Shown in pieces: positions 11,012-20,467 of a DNA stretch of 64,000 nucleotides. Position 1 is the first letter of the stretch. Each line of letters starts with the position of its first letter. The stretch is from Candidatus Ozemobacteraceae bacterium (GTDB lineage: Bacteria > Muiribacteriota > Ozemobacteria > Ozemobacterales > Ozemobacteraceae), in contig DATCTT010000027.1 in assembly GCA_036567845.1 (NCBI GenBank), forward strand, positions 11-64,010. Direction: 5' to 3'. The notes beneath the pieces are model-generated. The model was given only the letters and a program-made list of their open reading frames with translations, made no database searches and was not told where the DNA came from. Both the position numbers and the translations under genes were made by a program.

Positions 11012-12286
11012 ATGGCACAACGGGGTATCCGTGAGTATCATGGCAAGAAGATGCTGGCCCGCCACCTGGGCGAGTATCTGAACGGCGGGATCGGCTACGA
11101 CGGCAAGATCGTGCTCGTTGACGAGAAAACCGACTGGAAACAGCTGCGCACGGAGAATCCGTGGCTCGGCTCGATGCCTCTGGTCGCGAAGCCCGATCAG
11201 CTGTTCGGCAAGCGCGGAAAGCATGGTCTCGTGCTCGTCAACAAGAATTTCGACGAGACCAAGGCCTGGATCATCGAGCGCATGGGCAAGACCACCAAGG
11301 TCGGCGAGACGACCGGCACGCTCACGCATTTCCTCATCGAGCCCTGCATTCCGCACGAAGCCGAATATTATGTCGCGATCAAATCGACCGCCGAGGGGGA
11401 TGTGATCTACTTCTCGCTTGAAGGCGGCATCAGCGTCGAGGAAAACTGGGACAAGGTCATCCAGATCCAGGTGCCGGTTCTCAAGGGCATCGACGGGATC
11501 GACATTGAGAAGGTCCTGCCCGCGCAGCTCGGCAAGAACAAGAAGCTCGTTGCCCGGTTCATCATCGGGCTGTACAAGTATTTCGCGGCGCTCCATTTCA
11601 CCTACCTCGAGATCAACCCGTTCGCCATCGCCGGCGAATCGATCATTCCGCTCGACATGGTCGCCAAGCTCGACGATACGGCTGAGTTCTGCGCGGCGAA
11701 GTTCTGGGGGGAGGACATCGAGTTCCCGGCCGCGTTCGGCCGCAACTTCACACCGGAAGAGCAGAAAGTGCGCGAGCTCGACGCGATGTCGGGTGCTTCC
11801 CTCAAGCTGACCCTGCTCAATCCCGATGGCCTCGTTTGGAACATGGTCGCGGGCGGCGGTGCCTCGGTCATTTTTGCCGACACGGTGTGCGATCTGGGCT
11901 TTGCGAAGGAACTGGCATTTTACGGGGAGTATTCCGGCGACCCCAGTACCCAGCTCACCTATGAGTATGCCAAGACCGTCATGGATCTGATGACCCGCAA
12001 GCCGGACCCGCAGGGGCGGCCGAAATGCCTGATCATTGGCGGCGGCATCGCCAACTTCACCGACGTTGCGAAGACCTTCACCGGAATCATCATGGCGATG
12101 AAGGAATACGCAAAGAAGCTTCAGTCGGTGGGTGCCCGGATCTACGTTCGGCGCGGCGGCCCGAATTACCACGAGGGCCTCGCCAAGATCAAGGCGGCGG
12201 CGACCGAGCTCGGTCTGCCGATCGAAGTGCACGGGCCGGACTACCACATGACCCGTGTCGTGCGCGACGCCCTCCAGACGGCGTGA
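11012..12286 (+). CDS. aclB: ATP-citrate lyase beta subunit (ATP-grasp, SucC-like)
   Basis: RBS AAAGGAG then ATG at 11012. ATP-grasp fold sharing the architecture of the succinyl-CoA synthetase beta subunit, about 425 aa. It immediately precedes an AclA-type gene. Confidence 0.85.
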   Translation: MAQRGIREYHGKKMLARHLGEYLNGGIGYDGKIVLVDEKTDWKQLRTENPWLGSMPLVAKPDQLFGKRGKHGLVLVNKNFDETKAWIIERMGKTTKVGETTGTLTHFLIEPCIPHEAEYYVAIKSTAEGDVIYFSLEGGISVEENWDKVIQIQVPVLKGIDGIDIEKVLPAQLGKNKKLVARFIIGLYKYFAALHFTYLEINPFAIAGESIIPLDMVAKLDDTAEFCAAKFWGEDIEFPAAFGRNFTPEEQKVRELDAMSGASLKLTLLNPDGLVWNMVAGGGASVIFADTVCDLGFAKELAFYGEYSGDPSTQLTYEYAKTVMDLMTRKPDPQGRPKCLIIGGGIANFTDVAKTFTGIIMAMKEYAKKLQSVGARIYVRRGGPNYHEGLAKIKAAATELGLPIEVHGPDYHMTRVVRDALQTA

Positions 12287-12311
12287 CTGCGGAAAGGAAC
12301 CAGAGAAGACC

Positions 12312-14156
12312 ATGAAACGACCGTCATATCTTCTGTTCGATAAAAACACCCGCGCGATCGTCTTCGGCATGCAGACGAACGCCGTCCAGCGCATGCTCGA
12401 TTTCGACTACTGCTGCAAGCGGGAAAAGCCCTCCGTCGCCGGCATCGTCGACCCGGGCCGCTCGGGCACCAGCAAATGCTTCTATGGCAAGAAGGAAATA
12501 TTCGTGCCGGTCTATCCCGACATCGCGACGGCCGTCGCGGCTCACCCCGATGTCGACGTGATGATCAACTTCGCCTCGTTCCGGTCGGCCTACGACACGA
12601 CGATGCAGGCACTTGACGCCGAGCAGATCCGCACGATCTGTGTCATCGCCGAGGGCGTTCCCGAACGTTTTTCGCGTCACATGCGCGCTGTCGCCCTCGA
12701 GCGCGGTAAGACGATCATCGGCCCGGCCACTGTCGGCGGCATCGCGGCCGGCGCCTTCAAGATCGGCAACACCGGCGGCACGATCGACAACATCTGCTCC
12801 TCCAAACTCCACCGGCCGGGCTCGGTCGGCTTTGTGAGCAAGTCCGGCGGCATGTCGAACGAGGCCTACAACATCATCGCCCGCAACAGCGACGGCCTGT
12901 TCGAAGGCATCGCCATTGGGGGGGACGCGTATGCCGGTTCGAATCTGCTCGAGCATCTGATGCGCTTCGAAGCCAATCCCGCGATCAAGATGCTTGTCTG
13001 TCTCGGTGAGGTTGGCGGCGAGGAGGAATGGCGCATCGTCGATGCTCTTCGGTCGGGCAAGATCAAGAAGCCTCTTGTCATGTGGGTCACCGGCACCTCG
13101 ATTAAATATATGCCGAAGGGTATACAATTCGGCCACGCCGGCGCGAAGGCTGACGCCAGCCGGGAGACGGCCGAGGCGAAGAACGACGCCCTGCGCGCCG
13201 CCGGAGCGATCGTGCCGACCTCGTTCGACGATTTCGACAAGGCAATCAGGGATACCTTCGACAAGCTCGTGGCGAAGGGCGTCCACAAGCCGATCCCCGA
13301 CGTCGAGCCGCCGGCGATTCCGATGATGTATAAGGAAGCCGCGGCCCGCAACCTCGTGCGCCGGCCGACCAACTTCACCTGCACGATCTCCGACGACTCG
13401 GGCGACGAGTTGATCTACGCGGGACACAAGATCAGCAAGGTGATCTCGGAAAACTACTCGCTCGGCGAGGTCATCGGCCTGCTCTGGTTCAAGGAACGGC
13501 TGCCCAAGTGGGCGGCGGGCTTCATGGAAAACGTCCTGAAGCTGTGCGCCGACCACGGCCCCTGCGTCTCGGGCGCCCATAACGCCATCGTGACGGCTCG
13601 TGCCGGTCGCGACCTGATGAGCGCCGTCGCCTCGGGCCTTCTGACGATCGGCCCCCGGTTCGGCGGTGCCGTCGCCGGTGCGGCCCTAGCGTTCAAGGCT
13701 GCGCGTGACGCCCAGATGACGCCGGAAGGCTTCGTCGACGACATGAAGAAGAAGAACGAGAAGATCCAGGGAATTGGGCATCTGATCAAGAGCCTCAAGA
13801 ATCCCGACATGCGCGTCGTTCTTCTGAAAAAGTTCGCCAAGGAGAACTTCCCCGCGACCCCACTGCTGGACTATGCCCTCGAGGTCGAGCAGATCACGAC
13901 GTCGAAGAAGGACACCCTGATCCTCAACGTCGACGGTTGCATCGGCGTTCTGTCGGTCGACATGATGTATGGCCTCGGCTGGGACGAGGAAAAGATCCAG
14001 GAAGTCGTCGACAGCGGCGGCCTCAACGGCCTCTTCCTGCTCGGCCGCACGATCGGCATGATCGGCCACTACATGGATCAGCGCCGACTCGAAGCCCCGC
14101 TCTACCGCCACCCCTGGGACGACGTTCTCTACGATCTCCCGAAACTCGAAGAGTGA
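12312..14156 (+). CDS. aclA: ATP-citrate lyase alpha subunit (CoA-binding, phospho-His, citrate-synthase-like C-terminus)
   Basis: ATG at 12312. GIQFGHAGA phospho-histidine loop, CoA-binding N-terminus, 614 aa. The aclB-aclA gene order matches Chlorobi/Nitrospira-type loci. Confidence 0.85.
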   Translation: MKRPSYLLFDKNTRAIVFGMQTNAVQRMLDFDYCCKREKPSVAGIVDPGRSGTSKCFYGKKEIFVPVYPDIATAVAAHPDVDVMINFASFRSAYDTTMQALDAEQIRTICVIAEGVPERFSRHMRAVALERGKTIIGPATVGGIAAGAFKIGNTGGTIDNICSSKLHRPGSVGFVSKSGGMSNEAYNIIARNSDGLFEGIAIGGDAYAGSNLLEHLMRFEANPAIKMLVCLGEVGGEEEWRIVDALRSGKIKKPLVMWVTGTSIKYMPKGIQFGHAGAKADASRETAEAKNDALRAAGAIVPTSFDDFDKAIRDTFDKLVAKGVHKPIPDVEPPAIPMMYKEAAARNLVRRPTNFTCTISDDSGDELIYAGHKISKVISENYSLGEVIGLLWFKERLPKWAAGFMENVLKLCADHGPCVSGAHNAIVTARAGRDLMSAVASGLLTIGPRFGGAVAGAALAFKAARDAQMTPEGFVDDMKKKNEKIQGIGHLIKSLKNPDMRVVLLKKFAKENFPATPLLDYALEVEQITTSKKDTLILNVDGCIGVLSVDMMYGLGWDEEKIQEVVDSGGLNGLFLLGRTIGMIGHYMDQRRLEAPLYRHPWDDVLYDLPKLEE

Positions 14157-14185
14157 CAACCGGCCCGCTCGCGGGCACGACGATG

Positions 14186-14224
14186 AAAAGCCGGCTTCCC
14201 GCCCTGGGAAGCCGGCTTTTGTAT
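14186..14224 (+). terminator. Rho-independent terminator after aclA
   Basis: aagccggcttccc (14188-14200), loop gccct, gggaagccggctt (14206-14218), followed by ttgtat. Confidence 0.65.
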
Positions 14225-14231
14225 AGGTATA

Positions 14232-14266
14232 TATAAAAAAAAAGCCCCGGGCATGAGCTCGGGGCC
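14232..14266 (-). terminator. Rho-independent terminator for the minus-strand lipoprotein gene (T9 tract on the minus strand)
   Basis: A9 (14235-14243) then gccccgggcatgagctcggggc. On the minus strand this is a GC hairpin followed by T9. Confidence 0.6.
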
Positions 14267-14277
14267 ATTGTGTTAGA

Positions 14278-17001
14278 TCATCTGATCGACGCTGGCGGCA
14301 AGACCGAGCCGGGTTGGGGCCAGACGGTGGAGGCATCCGAGAACTTCGTGAGGAACAGGCGGGTGCCGTCGGGGCTCAGGAGCCCTGAAACCGTTACGGT
14401 ATGGCCGGCCGATTCCCACATGTCGTGACCTCCGACAGGGTCCTGATAGCGGAATTTAGGGCTCTTCTCGAGGGTGGCTGGGTCGAAGGTGACGTAGGCG
14501 CTGTATCTCACCGTCTCTCTCGTCCAGAGGAGCTTGAAAGTCGTTGCGGGATCGGTCGACTTCGGATCGACGCTCAGGATACCGCTCAGGTCCGTGATCA
14601 GCGTTCCGGAGGCGGGCTCCTCGGGCGGAGTGAATGGAACCTCGGGATTGGGCCAAATGGTTGAGGAATCTTCGAAGGTGGTCATGAACAGGCGCTGGGC
14701 ACCGGTTTCGTCGGTGAACAGCTTGCCGGAAATCGTCACGGTGTGTCCATCGGATTCCCAGAGGTCACGACCGGACGTCGGATTCTGGAATCGGAAGGCG
14801 GGCACCTTGGTCAGCGCGTTCGGATCGAAGATGACGTAAGCGCTCTTCATGCCCGCCGCATCCCTCCAGGTGAACTTGAACATGTTCCGGGGATCCGGGG
14901 AACTGCGATCGAAACTCCAGAGACCGCTCTGATTGGCGATTGCCGCGCCTTCTGCCGGTTCCCCCGGGATCTCGATGCCGGGCGGAACGAAGCCGGTATC
15001 CGAGGCGGGCCGTATGGCGAACACCTTGACCACTGCCGGGCCGTAATCCGGAGCCGGTCGCTTCTCGATGATGAGGCCCTCCATGGTGACGGCCATGCCG
15101 AGCATGTTCTGCATGGCGTTCCTCACGGCTTCGGATTCGGGGAGGAATCTCGTGCGGATTCTCTGGGTGAGGCCGAACCAGAACTCACCAGCCGCATCAC
15201 GTTCGAGCGGGCCGCCCGTGAAGGTCATGGGCTCGAGCTCCGGGATCGTGACGACGTCGTCGGCATATCCCGTGATGCGGAACGTGGCGGGCATGCTGTT
15301 CATTACATCTGGCTTTGCTGTATAGTAGCCAATATATACGTGAGGGGTCGTTGTGGCCGTTACGGGCTGGCCGCCGACCAGGCTCCCATCGGCTACCATG
15401 GCGATATATCCGCTGAAAGAGGCCGGGCCTTCCGGAAAGCCTTCCGGGGGCTTGATATAGAGGTGACCGTTGCACTCCTCGATGATTCCCATGATCCGGC
15501 CGGGCAGATCGCCGGTGGGATCCTGGGGAATTTCGGCCGGTATATAGGTGAAACCCATCTCAGGGCCCTGCATCAGGAGCACGAACAGGGCGGCGGCGAG
15601 ATCCTTCGCGTTAGCTGAATTGGCGATGGCGGGAACGTTCGCCAGGATCTTGCCGATGATCAGATCGCGGATGGCGTCATGGTAGATCGTGAGCTGGTCG
15701 GGCGTCGGAGGGAGCGGGGACACCGTCTGCTTTCGCACCGAAGCCGCCAGGGTCAGCTCACCGAGACCGGTGTCGAAGCCCGAGCTGGTATTGATGCGCT
15801 GGGTTTCCCGAGGTGCGGGATACAGGCGGGTGATCAGGGGCGGAGTGCCTTCAAACAGGCCGAGATTCATGAAGGTGGTCTTGAAGGCGGCCTGGATCAG
15901 GCCGTGGACCGGATCGGCCTGGAACATCGCCCGGACGGCATCGGCGCTCGGAGCGGCCTTCAGAGCCGTCATGAGGCGCTCGAGGCTGTCGGAGATCAGC
16001 TGGTAATCGGCCATCGGCAACGCTGGCGGTGTCATGGTTGTCATAACCTTGAGAGCGGCGATGACGCCTTCCAGCTTGCCTGCCAGGGTCTGGGCTTCGA
16101 GATGCTGGGTGACCTCGGGGGCGTTGACGATGCCGGGCAGAGTCTCGCCGATCAGTTTGTCATCTGCATCCTGCAGCCCAAGGAGGACATCTGGTGGCAG
16201 GCCGAGCGAGCGGGCGCGCAGCCGGAGCTGGTCGCCGAACAGCTGCCAGCCTTCCGCCTCGCAGTAGAGGCCCTGGGCGATGCCTTCGCAGATCTCGCGC
16301 TGGAGGGAGAAAGCAAACTCGCGGAATTCGACAAACTTTGCGTCTTCGAGGCCGGCCTGGCGGAACATCTGGAGCTGGGCTTTCTCGCGGTTGACGAATG
16401 CTTGGGCGATCCTCGCCAGCTCGAGCTCCCCAAGAGTCGGGAGTTTTTCGATCGGAATGATGCTCAGGATCTCGCCCAGATTGACTTCGAACGTGGCATC
16501 GAAATCCTCGGCGAACCGAACCAGCTTCGCCTGGTAGATTGAGTTGGGATCGATGACGGGCGCCGAGGCAATCTTCCCTTCAAGGATCTCGGGCAGGACC
16601 CCTTCGAGGACCGTGCCGCCGAGAGTAGCGCGCAGGACGATGTTGCGCCGGCCGGTCGGAAGCCCTTCGATCCGGTAATACCCGGTGGCATCTGTCGTCG
16701 CCCGCTGGCCGAACGGGACGAACACGCCGCGATCATCATAATCACCGGCCTCGACCGTCATTCCAGCGGCCGGGGTGGAGACGGATTTCAGCAGGCTGCC
16801 CCGGATGCTCCGGGAAATGGCCGCGTTGCTGACAAAGCCTGTCGCAACGCCGTTTCCAGACGTGAGTCCCTCGTTCGTTCCGGGATTGTTCTGGCCGCCG
16901 GGGAGCAGATCATCGCCGCCTCCGCCGCCTCCACAACCCGTGACGAGGAGAGATGCGGCGACCACGCAAAAACAAAGCATACGAAAAAGCAAGGACTTCA
17001 T
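14278..17001 (-). CDS. Large lipoprotein (907 aa) with a carboxypeptidase-regulatory-like domain and two tandem ~100-aa C-terminal repeats; function unknown
   Basis: Lipobox LLVTGC followed by a poly-Gly linker. GYYRIEGLPTGRRNIVL has a CarbopepD_reg-like flavour. The C-terminal repeats are SGLWSFDRSSPDP...FRFQNPTSGRDLWESDGHTVTISG and SGILSVDPKSTDP...FRYQDPVGGHDMWESAGHTVTVSG. Confidence 0.8.
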   Translation of the reverse strand: MKSLLFRMLCFCVVAASLLVTGCGGGGGGDDLLPGGQNNPGTNEGLTSGNGVATGFVSNAAISRSIRGSLLKSVSTPAAGMTVEAGDYDDRGVFVPFGQRATTDATGYYRIEGLPTGRRNIVLRATLGGTVLEGVLPEILEGKIASAPVIDPNSIYQAKLVRFAEDFDATFEVNLGEILSIIPIEKLPTLGELELARIAQAFVNREKAQLQMFRQAGLEDAKFVEFREFAFSLQREICEGIAQGLYCEAEGWQLFGDQLRLRARSLGLPPDVLLGLQDADDKLIGETLPGIVNAPEVTQHLEAQTLAGKLEGVIAALKVMTTMTPPALPMADYQLISDSLERLMTALKAAPSADAVRAMFQADPVHGLIQAAFKTTFMNLGLFEGTPPLITRLYPAPRETQRINTSSGFDTGLGELTLAASVRKQTVSPLPPTPDQLTIYHDAIRDLIIGKILANVPAIANSANAKDLAAALFVLLMQGPEMGFTYIPAEIPQDPTGDLPGRIMGIIEECNGHLYIKPPEGFPEGPASFSGYIAMVADGSLVGGQPVTATTTPHVYIGYYTAKPDVMNSMPATFRITGYADDVVTIPELEPMTFTGGPLERDAAGEFWFGLTQRIRTRFLPESEAVRNAMQNMLGMAVTMEGLIIEKRPAPDYGPAVVKVFAIRPASDTGFVPPGIEIPGEPAEGAAIANQSGLWSFDRSSPDPRNMFKFTWRDAAGMKSAYVIFDPNALTKVPAFRFQNPTSGRDLWESDGHTVTISGKLFTDETGAQRLFMTTFEDSSTIWPNPEVPFTPPEEPASGTLITDLSGILSVDPKSTDPATTFKLLWTRETVRYSAYVTFDPATLEKSPKFRYQDPVGGHDMWESAGHTVTVSGLLSPDGTRLFLTKFSDASTVWPQPGSVLPPASIR

Positions 17002-17136
17002 ATTCCTCTATGCCTCCAGAAAAATAATATCTTTGTTGAGGGCGCTGTATCGAAGCTAGCGGAGAACCGATCCGGAAGTCAATGACGAATGGGCTTCATG
17101 TGTCTCATCCAGGGCGTGACGAGAGTTTCCTCAAAA

Positions 17137-18765
17137 TCATCTCGGGGGCATGACTTGCTGAACACGATCCGTGACATCGACGAGGACAGACCGGCCCGAT
17201 GCGAGCGGAGGAACAAAGTCGGAACCGGCGAGAAAGATGTTGCGATCCGGGAGGGGGGGGAGATCTTCACTGAGATATTCTGAACGGATCGACCGGAACA
17301 GATTGACCAAGGAGAGGTCCTGCCTCAACCGGCCATATCTTCGATTCTGGCAGTAAACGGCGATCAGATTCGCGAAGCGCTCCTTCAGATGCGAGGCATT
17401 CATGTCCCCATACCGGAAATAGCAGCCAGGGCCATGATCGGATGCGAGAATGATCACGCGAGGGCGGTTGGATGGGGAGACAAGAAGAGTGTTGACGAGG
17501 TCGCGGACGCGCTGTTGCAGCCATGCGAGCTGGTTCACATAAGCGCGTTTGTATTCTTCCTCGGTCCTGTTCCAGCGGATGTTGATGGCGTCGATATAGC
17601 TGAAACAATATAATGGCTCAATTTCTTGCCCCTGGGCGTCGAAAACGAATGGTGCATGCGGGGCAAAGAGATGAGCGAAGGCAAAGACCGGTGCCGAAGC
17701 GGAGGAGGCTTGCGGCATGGCATCGAATGCGAAGCGGATGCGATCCCTGTGGCCTTCATAGGGAAAGAATAGTTCGCGATAGCGGGGGGGAATGGACTTG
17801 GTAACGGCTGAAGGAAGAACGGACGCGAGAGCCGGCAGGATGGTACGGCCGATGATGGTGCCTGTGAATTCCCCTGTTTGAGGATACTGGTTGGTCTCGA
17901 AAACACCAGAAGGGGATACGTTTGTATAATAATATCCGCTTTTGTATATTTTAAGATGATATCCCCGGTGGGCGAATGCGGCCATTGTCGGATTTGTCGC
18001 CATCCTGGCAACGAAATCTTCCGGATACAGGGTTGGGGCAAGAAGATCGTCGATATATCGGCCTTCCAGCATCGAGAGAAAGCTTGCGAAGGTTGAAGGA
18101 TAATTTGCTGTGCTGCGGTCGGCTACGTAGAAGCCCCGGTCCCGAAGAAACCGGGTAAATGAGGATGCATTGAAGCCATAGAGGTCCCGAAGCACATCTT
18201 CGCGAGCATAGGCATCGAGAATGAGACAGTATATGTCGGGATCTACTGTCTCCGGGGCAGAGCGTGGTGCCGGCTGGGAGGCTGGAAGAACGTGGCCAGT
18301 CGAACGTGCTGGGCGGTTTGAGAAGACGTAGAGCTGTTCGGCGCCCGTCAGCAGAACGAAGATCAGGAGATAGACGTTCATGATTCGGAGCGGCCGGTCA
18401 AGTTTCATGCGTGTCCGTCGCAGCAGAATGGCGAATATCAGAAGAGATGTAGCGATGGTCAAAAGCATCAGGAGGTGACGGCCGTATGGGGACAGGTCTC
18501 TAGGCAACATCGGGACGATGAATTCGAATGCCGTGCCGTATCCGAAAAAGGCCGTCAGAACCAGCAGGGAAAACAGGCCTGCGTGTTGCCGGTCGGCCCA
18601 GAGGCGCTTTGAGAGGAGAACGAGAACGGTTGCCAAGCAGGCAAGACCTGCGACGACGGAGATCTCCCCGGTCTGGAGAAACAAGGTATTCTCAAAGAGA
18701 AGTCGGGTGTTCCAGATCAGGAAATACAGGAGCGAAGGGAGCTCAGGATTGCTCAGCATCGACAT
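17137..18765 (-). CDS. Membrane protein with an N-terminal polytopic domain and a C-terminal sulfatase/alkaline-phosphatase-superfamily domain (LTA-synthase/phosphoglycerol-transferase-like)
   Basis: About 5 TM helices N-terminally. Then DAYAREDV and ILASDHGPG motifs typical of the sulfatase fold. The start overlaps the stop of the upstream methyltransferase. Confidence 0.75.
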   Translation of the reverse strand: MSMLSNPELPSLLYFLIWNTRLLFENTLFLQTGEISVVAGLACLATVLVLLSKRLWADRQHAGLFSLLVLTAFFGYGTAFEFIVPMLPRDLSPYGRHLLMLLTIATSLLIFAILLRRTRMKLDRPLRIMNVYLLIFVLLTGAEQLYVFSNRPARSTGHVLPASQPAPRSAPETVDPDIYCLILDAYAREDVLRDLYGFNASSFTRFLRDRGFYVADRSTANYPSTFASFLSMLEGRYIDDLLAPTLYPEDFVARMATNPTMAAFAHRGYHLKIYKSGYYYTNVSPSGVFETNQYPQTGEFTGTIIGRTILPALASVLPSAVTKSIPPRYRELFFPYEGHRDRIRFAFDAMPQASSASAPVFAFAHLFAPHAPFVFDAQGQEIEPLYCFSYIDAINIRWNRTEEEYKRAYVNQLAWLQQRVRDLVNTLLVSPSNRPRVIILASDHGPGCYFRYGDMNASHLKERFANLIAVYCQNRRYGRLRQDLSLVNLFRSIRSEYLSEDLPPLPDRNIFLAGSDFVPPLASGRSVLVDVTDRVQQVMPPR

Positions 18766-20150
18766 TCCCGGGATTTCATCAGAAACAGTGTGCGTTTTGT
18801 GTCCCGCACGGGCATGGCGGCGAGGGTGTCAAACCTGCAGGCCATGCTGGCTTCGAACGCCGCCTGTGAATACCCGGTGAAGATATCTTTCCGGACGGCG
18901 AGGAGTCGCTGCACCTGGGAATCTTCGCGGGGGACGAACTCGATGATCAGGTGGCGTCCGAGACCGGCCAGGAAGGCGGCGACACGGTCGAAGGGCAGGT
19001 TGTTGCCGATGACGAGATGGTGGATGAGAGCGAGCGCCATGACGAGATCGACCGGGCCGCGATCCGCGAATGAAGCCCGTTCGGTATGGGCCCAGCCGAA
19101 GGCCGGGGTGGGGTTGGTCAGATCCAGCAGCAGAGGAAGAAGTCGGGTGTCACCGCGGGAGCGGACGTCCCGGTAATTACGCTCGACTGCCGCCGGATCG
19201 ATGTCCCAGGCCACGGTCAGGGCTCCCCGCTCGCTAGCGAGGCGGCTGAACACGCCGGTGTTCGCCCCGAGATCCCAGGCTGTCCCCGGGGAGACCCGGT
19301 CGATGAGGCCGGCGACCAGTTCGCGCTTTTCCGTGAAGCCGGTCTCTGAATAATTTGTATTTGTATAATATTCCGCCCACGTCGTTCCGGCGGGATGCCA
19401 GTCGAGAGCCTCGATGGCGCTCTGAAGACCGTCGACGATGCCGCGAACGGCCTGGGGATGAACCTTGCGGCCGGCGGCGGGGTGGGGGGTGTCCGAGGCA
19501 AGGCTCGACTGGGCTCGTGCGTGCAGGTGCAGATGCATCAGGAGCTGGAAGGAAAACCAGGTGCGCAGCGGGAGCAGGCGCGAGGCGAGGTCCAGCGGAA
19601 TACCGTCGAGATGGAGCTGAGAGAGGCGGCCCAGGCTGACATCGACGCGACTCATCAGCGCGAGGGGGGCGAGGAAGTGGCGGCAGAACTGCTGATAGGC
19701 GGGCCAGGGCTCGTCTGCCCGGGCTTTTTCGAAGGAAAGGGTGTCGAGAAGCACGATTCGGCCTTCGTGCAGCTGGAAATTGAAGGCCGAGGCGTCCTTG
19801 AGCCGCATCCCGTAATTCATCGCGAGCGACTGGAGAGCGAGCGCCGCCCGGGCCGCGTCCCGGAGCTGACTGAACGACCATTCACAGGGGTGGGAGATGA
19901 ACCGGACCGTCTCCGGCCGGATGACGCGGAAACAGCCCTCGGGATCAAGGGGTGGTTCGCCGGTCTCCTCGTGTCGGATCAGCAGGCCGTCTTCGATCAG
20001 ACGCGCATACAGGCCGGATCGCATGAAGTGTTCATAATCCTCCTGCCCGATTGCTTGTATCTGGCGATATAGAATGCCGTTCCGGGAAAAGACGAAGCCA
20101 GCCGGGTCTCGAAACGAGGCCCGATGCCGATCCTGGTGATTGACCGTCAT
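18753..20150 (-). CDS. Two-domain protein: unknown N-terminal domain plus a C-terminal class I SAM-dependent methyltransferase
   Basis: MTase motif I WDLGANTGVFSRLASERG and post-I VAWDID. N-terminal 250 aa are unassigned (FRDPAGFVFSRNGILYRQ). Confidence 0.75.
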   Translation of the reverse strand: MTVNHQDRHRASFRDPAGFVFSRNGILYRQIQAIGQEDYEHFMRSGLYARLIEDGLLIRHEETGEPPLDPEGCFRVIRPETVRFISHPCEWSFSQLRDAARAALALQSLAMNYGMRLKDASAFNFQLHEGRIVLLDTLSFEKARADEPWPAYQQFCRHFLAPLALMSRVDVSLGRLSQLHLDGIPLDLASRLLPLRTWFSFQLLMHLHLHARAQSSLASDTPHPAAGRKVHPQAVRGIVDGLQSAIEALDWHPAGTTWAEYYTNTNYSETGFTEKRELVAGLIDRVSPGTAWDLGANTGVFSRLASERGALTVAWDIDPAAVERNYRDVRSRGDTRLLPLLLDLTNPTPAFGWAHTERASFADRGPVDLVMALALIHHLVIGNNLPFDRVAAFLAGLGRHLIIEFVPREDSQVQRLLAVRKDIFTGYSQAAFEASMACRFDTLAAMPVRDTKRTLFLMKSRECRC

Positions 20151-20467
20151 TTCTTCGCGGAGGGGTGATCGTCGGGCTGTGGTGGTCTCTCGGTGCTGTC
20201 GGGCTTCTTCCTGCCCGTCAGGAAATCTTTAAATTGCTGCCAGTACAGTTTGAGGGCGTAGAGGCCTCCGAACAGCGTCGCCACGATGATCTGAAAGATG
20301 TAGCTTCCGGTGCCGGGATCGATATAGGCATCGGCCGGTGAAATGATCAGAAAAGAGAGGCCCAGCGCCAGCGGAATGCGGCTGGACAGGGCGGAAAGAG
20401 CGGTGTGCATGGATCCTCCTGAGGAACGGGCAGAATCGGTCGGGAACGCCGGCGAATGCCTGGTCAT
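20147..20467 (-). CDS. Small membrane protein (single TM); the real start may be the internal Met (about 20410)
   Basis: Hydrophobic LALGLSFLIISP and IFQIIVATLFGGLYALKLYW. ATGA overlaps on both flanks (20147-20150 and 20464-20467), suggesting translational coupling. Confidence 0.45.
   Translation of the reverse strand: MTRHSPAFPTDSARSSGGSMHTALSALSSRIPLALGLSFLIISPADAYIDPGTGSYIFQIIVATLFGGLYALKLYWQQFKDFLTGRKKPDSTERPPQPDDHPSAKK

Noticed and set aside
10778-12394. 538-aa minus-strand ORF opposite aclB
   Set aside because: Opposite a clear ATP-grasp aclB gene with an RBS. Composition is non-protein-like.
12324-13580. 418-aa minus-strand ORF opposite aclA
   Set aside because: Antisense to aclA (GHAGA motif). 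Shadow ORF.
14743-16542. Plus-strand ORFs of 291 and 287 aa inside the large lipoprotein gene
   Set aside because: Antisense to the lipoprotein gene, which has a lipobox and an internal repeat structure. No independent support.
17002-17136. Intergenic regions (also 7189-7354, 29559-29771, 33676-33801) screened for tRNA/small RNA genes
   Set aside because: No GTTCGAATC-like T-arm or cloverleaf-compatible sequence was found. They were left as plain intergenic/promoter regions.
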